The translations under genes were made by a program, and so were the position numbers. From Clostridia bacterium (lineage in GTDB: Bacteria; Bacillota; Clostridia; TANB77; CAG-508), in assembly GCA_017409455.1 (NCBI GenBank), contig JAFQSS010000028.1:78104-142103 (forward strand): 64,000 nt of DNA, in the 5' to 3' direction. Below are positions 11,901 to 18,745 of this stretch, piece by piece (the first letter of the stretch is position 1; the number at the start of each line of letters is the position of its first letter). The notes under the pieces were generated by a model. It was not told the origin of the DNA, did not search any database, and saw nothing but the letters and a program-made list of their open reading frames with translations.

Positions 11901-12844
11901 TGTACATCATAAATTCCTTTACCTGTAAAAATTCCTTCTCCAAAATTATCTTGATATACATCTGATATAGCATTTGTGTAATTGTCAATTCCTCCTGCTC
12001 CGGCAAATATTTTTGTAAAAAGATTTTTATGACTTACATCTAAATTCACTCCTACTCTTGGTTGCATTAATGCATGACCTTTTTGTACTATTCCATTTTT
12101 GACTTCTGGTTTATTTAATATATGTGCCATTGCTCCAACAAGTTCAAATGCAGTATTTAAAACTAAATCTGTATCTGAATCTAATGTTATTACATATCTA
12201 ATTTGTGGTAAATTTTCTTGATTTATAGTATTAATTTTGAATTTATTTTTTTCGTGTTTTAAAATATATTCATTAAATTGTGTAAGTAATCCTCTTTTTC
12301 TTTCCCATCCCAAATATTTCTCTTCACTTTTATTGTATTTTCTCTCTCTATAAATAAAATGAAATATTGGAAATTCTTGATTATTATACTTTTCATTTAG
12401 TTCTTTAACTTGTTTTAGACCTTCATCAATTACATCTTGGTCAAATTTTTCATCTTTTATGTTGCTTTCAGAACAATCTCCTAAAACAGCAAAATACAGG
12501 TTTTCACTTTTATTTGCCAAATAAAATACTTCCATTTTTTTGAACAGTTCTTCAACTTTTTCTTTTGTTTTTATAATTGTGGGTATAACTACAAATGTAG
12601 AATTTTCTTCATCTATTCCATTTACAAAATCCATTTTTGGTATTAGTTTTGGTTTGACTATTTTTCCTAATATATATTGAATTACTTGAGTTACAAATTC
12701 TGATATTGGTATAATTAAAATCATTGTTGTTAAAATATATTTGGTTAAGTCATTTGTTACTGCTTTTGCTAAAATTAAAGATGCCAGTATTGTTAACAAA
12801 CAAATTGTAGCAATATAAATCTTTACTTTTGTCTGATTTTTCAT
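5930..12844 (-). CDS. cyclic beta-1,2-glucan synthase-like giant protein, main part (TM region, GT84-like DSDT glycosyltransferase, central domain, C-terminal GH94 phosphorylase-like domain)
   Basis: 2304 aa. ITLDSDTDL glycosyltransferase motif amid TM helices. C-terminal GGAFGFRDQLQD, RTKFSDDLLWLPY and GDWNDG motifs are typical of GH94. The reading frame stays open upstream of its ATG into the preceding ORF. Confidence 0.8.
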   Translation of the reverse strand: MKNQTKVKIYIATICLLTILASLILAKAVTNDLTKYILTTMILIIPISEFVTQVIQYILGKIVKPKLIPKMDFVNGIDEENSTFVVIPTIIKTKEKVEELFKKMEVFYLANKSENLYFAVLGDCSESNIKDEKFDQDVIDEGLKQVKELNEKYNNQEFPIFHFIYRERKYNKSEEKYLGWERKRGLLTQFNEYILKHEKNKFKINTINQENLPQIRYVITLDSDTDLVLNTAFELVGAMAHILNKPEVKNGIVQKGHALMQPRVGVNLDVSHKNLFTKIFAGAGGIDNYTNAISDVYQDNFGEGIFTGKGIYDVQAFSDVLKNEIPENKVLSHDLLEGSYLRCGLVTDIMLMDGYPTKYASFMNRLARWTRGDWQITEWLKGKLNLLSKFKIFDNLRRSLFEIFVIILLGWSIFLNANWLTYLSIGIIIFPFILEMFSLAFSRKEGEKKQKTFVPHITGFKGSIYRAVLTLGCVPYKAYIELTAICKTIYRLMISHKHLLEWMTSEEAEKQSKTSITNYYKMMIANVVIGAVLIVVSSLKYNWLLTIIGILWIITPYIMYKISITPKKTEKILPENEKIYLKEIAQKTWQFFKDYLTSENNYLITDNYQEDRKELVVPRTSSTNIGLSMLAVISAYDMGFEELPQTIELLTKIINTIYELPKWNGHLYNWYNIKTKQPLIPRYVSTVDSGNLVGYMYTTRTFLRNTNVSEDTINKLTQMIEETNFRVLYSEEQRLFSIGFNIEENKLTDSYYDLLASEARQASLVAIAKKDVQPKHWNNLSRTMTVLKKYKGLISWSGTAFEYLMPNINIPRYEGSLLDESCKFAIMNQFEYSKKLGIPWGISEAAFNLKDLHSNYQYKAFGVPWLGLKRGLADDMVASTYGSVLAVTDKPSEVVENLKILEKEGMYNKYGFYESIDYTPERVSKGKQSEPVRTYMAHHQALILLSINNLFNDNVFQKRFMENPEIEAVSILLQERMPETFIATKENKEKPEKIKYQDYENYTVREYNKIDERIQRGNVIGNEKYVVAINQNGNGVSKFDENYINRFKTTDDYNQGIFFYIKDIQTNEIWSATGEDNCDSFVTQFMPDKDKFEKINGDIKTKLKITVDSNEPVEIRRLEIRNNSEEEKIFEVTSYFEPILSKREQDYAHQAFNNLFLVYKYDENEDAIVVKRRNRERYGQRIYLAAKMQTNSEKIGETEFEIDKTKFIGRNNLGIPDAIKFSTPLSRKTGLTTEGVVALKNTIKVKPDEKVYVDLLVSIEYDRDLAIQNMEKYKVMENVTREFEIVKAKTEAEARYLEIKGKDMDIYQTILSYILFDNPVRKISNLAYKVYEQPDLWKYGISGDLPIITVTIKYINDMYVIKQILKAYEFFRTKNIKVELVIINEENYSYENYIRDEIESAILNSHQAFLKNIKGGIFVLSKSEMDIQDVNLIKFVSTLVIDSHLGNLENIIKDMEEEILENYRTIEKIENVTIEEDNTKDFDMLNVLENPKYYNEYGAFSEDGKEYIIRTNKENKLPTTWSHIIANDQFGSVLTESGGGYTWYKNSRLNRVTTWHNSSSTNIPSEIIYLKDEENGRIWTPTAMPMPDDKNYNAIYGFGYAKYIHTSDEIVQEVEVFVPEEDSVKINILTLKNSAPKKKKIKIVYYAKPVIGEDEIKSDSYIKLQYEENSNILIAKNLYNVDEFKDTIYISSSEKIKSFTGNKKNFLGKGGVLNPDAMHHMRLDNDTGIGKKSCMAIELEVEIESFSEKKISIILGANENMMVAKDTAYKYSKVQNCKTELDKVKNKWNDMLTKVQVYTPYESINIMLNGWIMYQTITSRLLGRSGFYQSGGAFGFRDQLQDAFGTKFLDTNILYDQIIRHSKHQFLEGDVEHWWHEENNRGIRTKFSDDLLWLPYMVIQYISHTGDYSILDVKTPYLQGLELFDAEKERYDLYLPSDIEESIYEHCKRAISRACNFGGLPGTEVPEECNIICDFGANGLPKIGIGDWNDGFSTIGPEGKGESVWLGFFLYQILQEFAELANYKNDDALAERYRSIATQLEESLNTNAWDGRWFKRAFADNGDAYGSMENEECRIDSIAQSWSVISGAGEESKKIQAMESLENHLVDKENGIIKLLDPPFVKGKLEPGYIKAYLPGVRENGGQYTHSAIWAVIAEAMLGKGDKAVELYRMITPIEHSRTKEAANKYKVEPYVIAADVYGAQNLAGSGGWTWYTGSSSWYYLAGIQYILGLNIYHNFMSFNPCIPKDWEEFVIRYKFGESIYNIKVKNISRKNRGVSKVILDGIEIENKIQLDGSGKVFNIEVQM

Positions 12845-12893
12845 TTTGTTTTCCTTAAATTCTAGCTTTTTGAATAATGTCTCTCTTCCTTCA

Positions 12894-14036
12894 TCAATTA
12901 AGTAATATCCTATGTGACTTTGTTTTGTTCCGAGACTCTGCCCTATTACAAAGTTCTATTGTTTTTTTAGCTATATATATTTCAGACATATTTGTTTTTC
13001 TTGCAATTTCTTTTATTGTATTTCTATAATATTCTTTTGTCTTATGATCCATATTTTCATATATTCCTGCTGGTTCTCTATTTAATATTCCTTCTACTCC
13101 ATTTATTTTTTCAAATATATCTAAAAAATTTATTCTTTGAATTTTTTTGATACTTGTTATACAATTTGCCATTGTCATTTTTCTAATAGCTGTATCAAAG
13201 TGTTCTCTTTGTATTGCTTCAGGCACAGTTGTTCCTATTTTTTCTACTTCTTCTTCTAAAATATTAAGATATCCATATGCTTTTTTACCATATTTTTTTA
13301 ATGAATATGACATATATTCTATAAAAGGATATCTCATACTTTTAAATTGATTATTTCTTAGTTTTGTTCCTGTTATTTGATTATATTTTAATTCATTTTT
13401 TTCCTTCTTTTCTACAAGCCTTTCTATAATACTTTTTACTCTATATTTTTGAATTTGAGTACTAAAGATTTTGTCACAAATTTCTGCAATGTTGTTTATT
13501 ATCGCAATTTGAAGAAATATTCCAATATTCCATATTTCCTCCATATTTAATGTTTTTTTAGTTTGATATGCTTGTAGATATTTTTCTAAGTTTTCTGCAT
13601 TTATTTTATTGTCTGTATATGCTACTATTTCAGTTGCTAACACATATATTCTCGCAAATCCTATATATTTTCCATTTTGAATTCCAACAAAGTTTGTATA
13701 TTTTTTTATTGTTATCTCTTTTTCAATTTGTCTTACTGATTCTTCTATTATATAGAAATTATCTAATATCCATTCTCCTGCTGGATGTATACTTATTCCA
13801 AGTTTTATATGTTCATTTAATAAATTATATACACTTTTTATTTTGATATAGTTTTCTAATAATAATGGCACTGGATATGTGCTTTTACTTGATTTTACTC
13901 TTAATGTATGTTGCATTGCCATTTTCTCTAAATGCTTTTTTAATTGTTCTTCATCTAATATTGCTCCTTCTATATCTAATTTTTGATATTTTTTCAAGAA
14001 AATCCACTCCTTGCTTTTTTCTGATATTATTTGCAT
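12894..14036 (-). CDS. N-terminal segment of the same cyclic glucan synthase-like gene, separated by a 1-nt frameshift
   Basis: 380 aa with PAGEWILDNFYIIEESVRQIEKE, as in Cgs/NdvB N-termini. Shifting frame near its end gives HIGYYLIDEGRETLFKKLEFKENK-MKNQ..., continuous with ORF 5930..12844. Confidence 0.75.
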   Translation of the reverse strand: MQIISEKSKEWIFLKKYQKLDIEGAILDEEQLKKHLEKMAMQHTLRVKSSKSTYPVPLLLENYIKIKSVYNLLNEHIKLGISIHPAGEWILDNFYIIEESVRQIEKEITIKKYTNFVGIQNGKYIGFARIYVLATEIVAYTDNKINAENLEKYLQAYQTKKTLNMEEIWNIGIFLQIAIINNIAEICDKIFSTQIQKYRVKSIIERLVEKKEKNELKYNQITGTKLRNNQFKSMRYPFIEYMSYSLKKYGKKAYGYLNILEEEVEKIGTTVPEAIQREHFDTAIRKMTMANCITSIKKIQRINFLDIFEKINGVEGILNREPAGIYENMDHKTKEYYRNTIKEIARKTNMSEIYIAKKTIELCNRAESRNKTKSHRILLN

Positions 14037-14059
14037 TTTGTGGATTTTTTATACAAGAG

Positions 14060-14110
14060 AAAAAGGGACCCGGCCCAAATTGCACAATTTAAGACCCGGT
14101 CCCTTTTTTC
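14060..14110. repeat. REP-like unit pair overlapping the recD2 stop
   Basis: AAAAAGGGACCCGGCCCAAATTGCACAATTTAAGACCCGGTCCCTTTTTT has the same architecture as the RAYT-flanking units. Confidence 0.65.
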
Positions 14111-16326
14111 AATTTAAACTCTAACCCCGTGTTTCTCTTTTTACTGTCTACATTTTTAATCATATAATCTACAACTCTATCATTTCCTATAACTATTAAT
14201 AATTTTTTTGCACGAGTTATTCCTGTATATAATAGATTTCGAGTAAGTAACATTGGTGCTGCTTGTGGTACAATCATAATAACAACATCAAATTCACTTC
14301 CTTGTGCTTTGTGAATTGTTATACAATAACTATGCTCAATTTGTTCTAATTCATTAAATTGATACCAACAAACTTTTTCATCATCAAATTTAACTCTAAC
14401 ATTTTTTTCTTTTTCATTTATATTTGTGATAGTTCCTGTTTCTCCGTTAAATACTCCATTTCCAGTTTCAATACTATCATCAATTCTTTTTTCCCAATAC
14501 ATATCATAATTATTTTTGATTTGCATTACTCTATCACCAATTCTAAAAATCGCCCCCATGCTAGATTTTTCTTCTTCGCCTTCTCTAGAGGGGTTTAACT
14601 CTTGTTGTAATGCTTTGTTCATTTCTTTAGTTCCTAATAAACCTTTTTTGGTTGGAGTTAGAACTTGTATACTTTCAAAAAAGTCATAATCTCCAAATTT
14701 CTTTAAACGTCCATTACATAGTGATAAAACTTGTTCTAATACTTTTTCTTGATTGTTTTCTCTTATAAAGAAAAAGTCTTGTTTTGAATCTTCTTCAAAT
14801 TCGCTATCTTCTTTTGCTATAAAGTTTTTACCACTATTTACTCTATGGGCATTTACTACTATTTTACTTTTTGCAGCTTGTCTAAAAATTTTGTCAAGAT
14901 GGACTGTTTGTATTCTCTCTGATGCTATTAAATCATGTAATACACTTCCTGGTCCAACTGATGGAAGCTGGTCACTGTCCCCTACTAATATTAATTTTGT
15001 TCCTAAATATATACAATCTAATAAATAACTCATTATAAACATATCAACCATTGAAACTTCATCAACTATGATAATATCTCCATCTATTGGCGCTCCTTGA
15101 TATTCATTATCTTTTTTGAATAGTGATTCTTCATCTACTTTTCCTATTTCTAATAATCTATGTAATGTACTTGCTTCTTCTCCTGTTGTTTCAGTCATTC
15201 TTTTCGCTGCACGGCCTGTCGGCGCACAAAGCACAATTTTGTATTTCTTTTGTTTGTATATTTCTATTATACTTTTTATTATTGTTGTCTTACCTGTACC
15301 TGGTCCACCAGTTATTATTGTTACATTATTATCATTAATTGCTTTTATCGCTTCCTTTTGCTTTTCAGATAATAATATCTCTGTTTTTTCTTCAACTAAT
15401 TTTAATTCTTTTTCTATATTTGATACTTTTTTCATGTTTTTAGCTTTATCTAATTTCGTTATTCTTTCTGCTATTTGAGTTTCCGCTTTATAGAAACTAT
15501 ATAAATATACCCATTCTTCTTCATCTCTATCTTCAATTACAATTTCATCATTTACCTTTAAATTGATTAATCCATCTTCAATAATTGCTTCACTAACATT
15601 TAATAACTGTTTTACATATTCAATTAGATTAGCTTTTAATGTACAGCAATGTCCATTATAAGTTATTTTAATTAATGCATATTTGATTCCACTTTTGACT
15701 CTTTTTTGATTTTCTCTTTCAACACCAAGCTCTAATGCCATTTTATCAATCTGCTGAAAATCTACACCTCTTGATATATCTATTAATATATATGGGTTTG
15801 CCTCTATTTCAGCAATTGCATTTATTCCTAATAAATCATATACTTTTTTGGCACTTTCCGCACCAATTCCGAATCTTTCAAGAAATCCAACTATTTGCCA
15901 TACTTCCCAATTTTCTACGAAACTTTCTGACATTTCAATAGCTTTATTTTTACTTATTCCTTTTATTCTAGCTAATTTGTGTGGTTCATATTTTAATACA
16001 TGTATTGTATCTTCACCAAATGTATCTATTATTTTTGTTGCAGTTGCAGGTCCTACTCCTTTTACATTTCCACTTGCCAAATATGTTTCTAATGCTGCTA
16101 AGGTTTGTGGCATTAGCTTTTCAAATGTTTCTATTTTGAATTGTTCTCCATAGTCTTTATGTTCTACAAATCTCCCTGTTATTTTTAAAGAATCTCCTTT
16201 GCTTATAAATGGCAAATATCCAACTACTGTTATTTGTTCTTCTTCTGTTTCAAAGATTCCAACCACATAACTATTTACTTCATTTTGATATATTATTTCT
16301 GTTAATACGCCTTCTATTTGTTCCAC
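14089..16326 (-). CDS. recD2: SF1B ATP-dependent DNA helicase RecD2
   Basis: 745 aa. N-terminal OB/HhH region, Walker A GGPGTGKTT, DEVSMVD, and C-terminal ITIHKAQGSEF...LLYTGITRAK. Confidence 0.9.
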   Translation of the reverse strand: MEQIEGVLTEIIYQNEVNSYVVGIFETEEEQITVVGYLPFISKGDSLKITGRFVEHKDYGEQFKIETFEKLMPQTLAALETYLASGNVKGVGPATATKIIDTFGEDTIHVLKYEPHKLARIKGISKNKAIEMSESFVENWEVWQIVGFLERFGIGAESAKKVYDLLGINAIAEIEANPYILIDISRGVDFQQIDKMALELGVERENQKRVKSGIKYALIKITYNGHCCTLKANLIEYVKQLLNVSEAIIEDGLINLKVNDEIVIEDRDEEEWVYLYSFYKAETQIAERITKLDKAKNMKKVSNIEKELKLVEEKTEILLSEKQKEAIKAINDNNVTIITGGPGTGKTTIIKSIIEIYKQKKYKIVLCAPTGRAAKRMTETTGEEASTLHRLLEIGKVDEESLFKKDNEYQGAPIDGDIIIVDEVSMVDMFIMSYLLDCIYLGTKLILVGDSDQLPSVGPGSVLHDLIASERIQTVHLDKIFRQAAKSKIVVNAHRVNSGKNFIAKEDSEFEEDSKQDFFFIRENNQEKVLEQVLSLCNGRLKKFGDYDFFESIQVLTPTKKGLLGTKEMNKALQQELNPSREGEEEKSSMGAIFRIGDRVMQIKNNYDMYWEKRIDDSIETGNGVFNGETGTITNINEKEKNVRVKFDDEKVCWYQFNELEQIEHSYCITIHKAQGSEFDVVIMIVPQAAPMLLTRNLLYTGITRAKKLLIVIGNDRVVDYMIKNVDSKKRNTGLEFKLKKGTGS

Positions 16327-16401
16327 TTTTGTCCTCTCTTCTCTCTTTTTTATATTTCAAATTATAGCAATTTCAGTAGTGTTTTTCAAGTAGTAATAAA
16401 C

Positions 16402-16437
16402 AAAAAATCCTTAAGCAACGAAACCTAAGGATTTTTT
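16402..16437. terminator. hairpin with A/T-run flanks downstream of the antitoxin/toxin-remnant locus
   Basis: AAAAAATCCTTAAG-loop-CCTAAGGATTTTTT. Confidence 0.5.
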
Positions 16438-16509
16438 CTTCATTACTTATATGAAGAAAATATTTTTTATTATCGATTTTAATTTAGAATAAAACTTTTT
16501 GAATTTTAA

Positions 16510-16663
16510 TTATTTATAAATTTGTCCTCTATTATTAATTTTTGTGACTAAAATTATGAATTCATTTTGATTTAACTCATATATAATTTCTAAGCCTCTG
16601 TATTTTATCTTGTTTTTCAATAAATTTAAGAGCTTTGGGTCTAATCTTAATCTTGTAAATCAT
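16510..16663 (-). pseudogene. decayed RelE/ParE-family toxin gene (N- and C-terminal pieces in different frames, middle missing)
   Basis: An ATG overlapping the antitoxin stop gives MIYKIKIRPKALKFIEKQDKIQRLRNYI*. A second frame gives ...KYRGLEIIYELNQNEFIILVTKINNRGQIYK*, a typical RelE/ParE C-terminus. Only about 150 nt in total. Confidence 0.5.
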
Positions 16664-16937
16664 CAAGTGTCAACCCCTCTCTTTTAAGTATTTCTTCAAA
16701 AGATACAGCATTTTTTATTTCTTCTTTTCTAGTATCTTTACTTTCTGTCAAATACTCCAAATACATTACTTTTTCTGTAATATCCATGTTTTCTAGAATA
16801 ATTGTTGGCTCTAATTTTAAAAGTTGAGATTCAATTGCTTTTTCCATTAAAGTCCTAACTGAATATAAACATTCAACATTTAATTTAGGTGTCATTTTCA
16901 TAACATCTTTAATAGCTTGAATTTGTGCTTCTGACAT
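16647..16937 (-). CDS. putative antitoxin (assigned by position upstream of the toxin remnant)
   Basis: 96-aa acidic protein whose stop overlaps the ATG of the RelE/ParE-like remnant. No family recognised from sequence alone. Confidence 0.4.
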   Translation of the reverse strand: MSEAQIQAIKDVMKMTPKLNVECLYSVRTLMEKAIESQLLKLEPTIILENMDITEKVMYLEYLTESKDTRKEEIKNAVSFEEILKREGLTLDDLQD

Positions 16938-17030
16938 ATTTTTTCACTCCTTTCAAATTATATTTTTATATTACCATATATTTACATAACTTTCAAGCAT
17001 TTCACAAAATTTTTACAAAGTTGATTTTTA

Positions 17031-17059
17031 TAATATTTTTTGTTATAATTTATTCACCT
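17031..17059 (+). promoter_or_regulatory. strong sigmaA-type promoter with no downstream ORF
   Basis: TTGATT-17 nt-TATAAT with TGn extended -10 (TGTTATAAT). Confidence 0.5.
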
Positions 17060-17065
17060 TTTACT

Positions 17066-17201
17066 GTGGCTTTCTTTTGTGCATTAAATTGCAAATGTAG
17101 TGCGAATCCGTACTTTCATCAAAAAAAGTTACTTTTGAAGTACATTTTAGCAAAACCGCTATAATGGGAGAGAAAATTTCAATTGAGATTTTCTCTTTTT
17201 T
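17066..17201 (+). ncRNA. candidate small RNA (orphan promoter-to-terminator unit, about 135 nt)
   Basis: Bounded by the promoter at 17031-17059 and the hairpin GAGAAAAT...ATTTTCTC plus T-run at about 17168-17201. Internal hairpin GTACTTTCA...TGAAGTAC. No ORF with an SD sequence. Confidence 0.3.
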
Positions 17202-17232
17202 ATATTCAGAAAAAATAGAGAGCTAAAGCTCT

Positions 17233-17877
17233 CTAAAATCTTCTATACCTATTATTTCTTCCACATCCACAATTTGAAGAATTATCACTTGTTGTCAATA
17301 TGTTCCCATCTGTAAGCGCTATATTTCCATTATCAGAAACTAGACTCACGCCTGGATTATTGCATCCACATCCGCATCCATTATTGTCATTATTATCAAG
17401 ACATGTAACATTATTACCACTAATTCTTGCTACAACACGCCCATTACTGTTTAAAATAGTAAGTGTTTCATTAGAATTGTTTCCACAATTACAGTTGCAG
17501 TTACAATTACAGTTGCAGTTACAATTACAGTTGCAATTATTTCTTCGTCTTCTTCTACGACGTCTGCTGCCAAAAGTTACATCATCTTCTTCATCGTCTT
17601 CATCGTCGTCCTCATCACAATCACAGGTTAGGCATTTATTGTTTCTAAAAAATCTAGAACGCCTGAAAACACAATCTAAAAATGCTACTATAAATGCTAA
17701 TATTCCTAATGCAATTGCGACTATTACTAATGCTACACTATCAAAAATTGCCGCTACTATCAAAAATGCTGCGAAAAATGCAAATCCTACTAAAATTGGA
17801 CAATGTATTATTCTTTCTAAAACTATGGTAAATATTATTGTTGCAAAAATTACTGCAAAAATTATAAGTAAAGTCAT
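17233..17877 (-). CDS. membrane protein with extreme low-complexity tail (poly-D/E, Arg8, (NC)8, GCGCGC)
   Basis: 214 aa. About 70 N-terminal hydrophobic residues (2-3 TM helices), then CDCDEDDDEDDEEDD, RRRRRRRR, NCNCNCNCNCNCNCNC, GCGCGC and CGCG. Terminator hairpin AGAGAGC-TTT-AGCTCTCT follows the stop. Confidence 0.6.
   Translation of the reverse strand: MTLLIIFAVIFATIIFTIVLERIIHCPILVGFAFFAAFLIVAAIFDSVALVIVAIALGILAFIVAFLDCVFRRSRFFRNNKCLTCDCDEDDDEDDEEDDVTFGSRRRRRRRRNNCNCNCNCNCNCNCNCNCGNNSNETLTILNSNGRVVARISGNNVTCLDNNDNNGCGCGCNNPGVSLVSDNGNIALTDGNILTTSDNSSNCGCGRNNRYRRF
17485..17538. repeat. 3 x 18-bp perfect/near-perfect tandem repeat encoding the (Asn-Cys)n tract
   Basis: ACAATTACAGTTGCAGTT x2 followed by ACAATTACAGTTGCAATT. 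Confidence 0.9.
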
Positions 17878-17943
17878 AATTATATCTCCTTTTTCTATGT
17901 TTTGATATATATTATGAATTTATTTATTATTTGGTTACAAAGG

Positions 17944-17967
17944 AAAAAAGGGACCTGGTCCCTTTTT
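17944..17967. repeat. single REP-like palindrome directly after the truA stop
   Basis: AAAAAGGGACCTGGTCCCTTTTT. Confidence 0.6.
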
Positions 17968-18703
17968 ACCCATATATTACATTTAGCAAATACAACCCAT
18001 TAGGAGGAAGAGTTTTTCCTGCATTTTCTCTTTTTTGACTCTCTATAATTTCAGTAATCTTTTCTGGTTCAATTTTTCCATTTCCTACATCTACAAGTGT
18101 TCCAGCTATAATTCTTACCATGTTGTATAAAAATCCATTTCCTGTTAGTTCTATAAAAATTTTATCTCCCTGTTGATATACATCAGCTTTATATATTGTT
18201 CTTACACTACTTTTGCTACTTGTTCCACTTGCTTTAAATGCTTTAAAATCATGTTCTCCTTCAAAATATTTTACAGCTTGTTTCATTTTTTCTACATCTA
18301 ATTTTTGTGGAATATGTGTTTCAAAATTTCTATAAATCGCTGTTCCTTCTTCAGAATTGTTTATTATATATCTATATGTTTTCTTTTTACAACTTAGTCT
18401 ACTATGAAATCTTTCATCTACTTCTTCAGCTTTTTTAATAACAATTGATTTCTTTAATCTTGAATTTATTGCAATTGCAAACTTTTCTATTGGTATTTGT
18501 GAATTAGTTTTGAAATTCGCTACTTGCCCAAGAGCATGAACTCCTGCATCTGTTCTTCCTGATGCATTTAATTCTACATCTTCTCCTGTTATACTTTTTA
18601 TTGCTTGTTCTATTGTTCCTTGTATATTTAATTTGTCAGGTTGTCTTTGCCACCCATTAAAATCTTTTCCATCATATTCTATTGTTAGTTTGATATTTCT
18701 CAT
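17966..18703 (-). CDS. truA: tRNA pseudouridine(38-40) synthase
   Basis: 245 aa. YDGKDFNGWQRQ, ASGRTDAGVHALGQV (catalytic Asp) and FLYNMVRIIAG. Confidence 0.9.
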   Translation of the reverse strand: MRNIKLTIEYDGKDFNGWQRQPDKLNIQGTIEQAIKSITGEDVELNASGRTDAGVHALGQVANFKTNSQIPIEKFAIAINSRLKKSIVIKKAEEVDERFHSRLSCKKKTYRYIINNSEEGTAIYRNFETHIPQKLDVEKMKQAVKYFEGEHDFKAFKASGTSSKSSVRTIYKADVYQQGDKIFIELTGNGFLYNMVRIIAGTLVDVGNGKIEPEKITEIIESQKRENAGKTLPPNGLYLLNVIYG

Positions 18704-18745
18704 AATTACTCCCTCTATTTAATAAGAGTTGCAAAATGCAACTCT

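Noticed and set aside
17088-17101. 14-nt identity TAAATTGCAAATGT shared with 38103-38116.
   Set aside because: Matches of this length are expected by chance in 64 kb of AT-rich sequence, and the flanks do not align.
17485-17538. Tandem repeats here and at 27255-27299, considered as possible CRISPR or other non-coding arrays.
   Set aside because: The units are contiguous with no spacers, 12-18 bp long, in frame inside ORFs, and encode (NC)n and (SDKT)n. No CRISPR array is visible anywhere in the window.
17300-17905. 201-aa plus-strand ORF antisense to the NC-repeat gene (LQLQLQ..., SSSSSS...).
   Set aside because: It mirrors the low-complexity repeats on the other strand and has no SD sequence or protein-like features. 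The minus-strand frame has TM helices, an SD sequence and a terminator.
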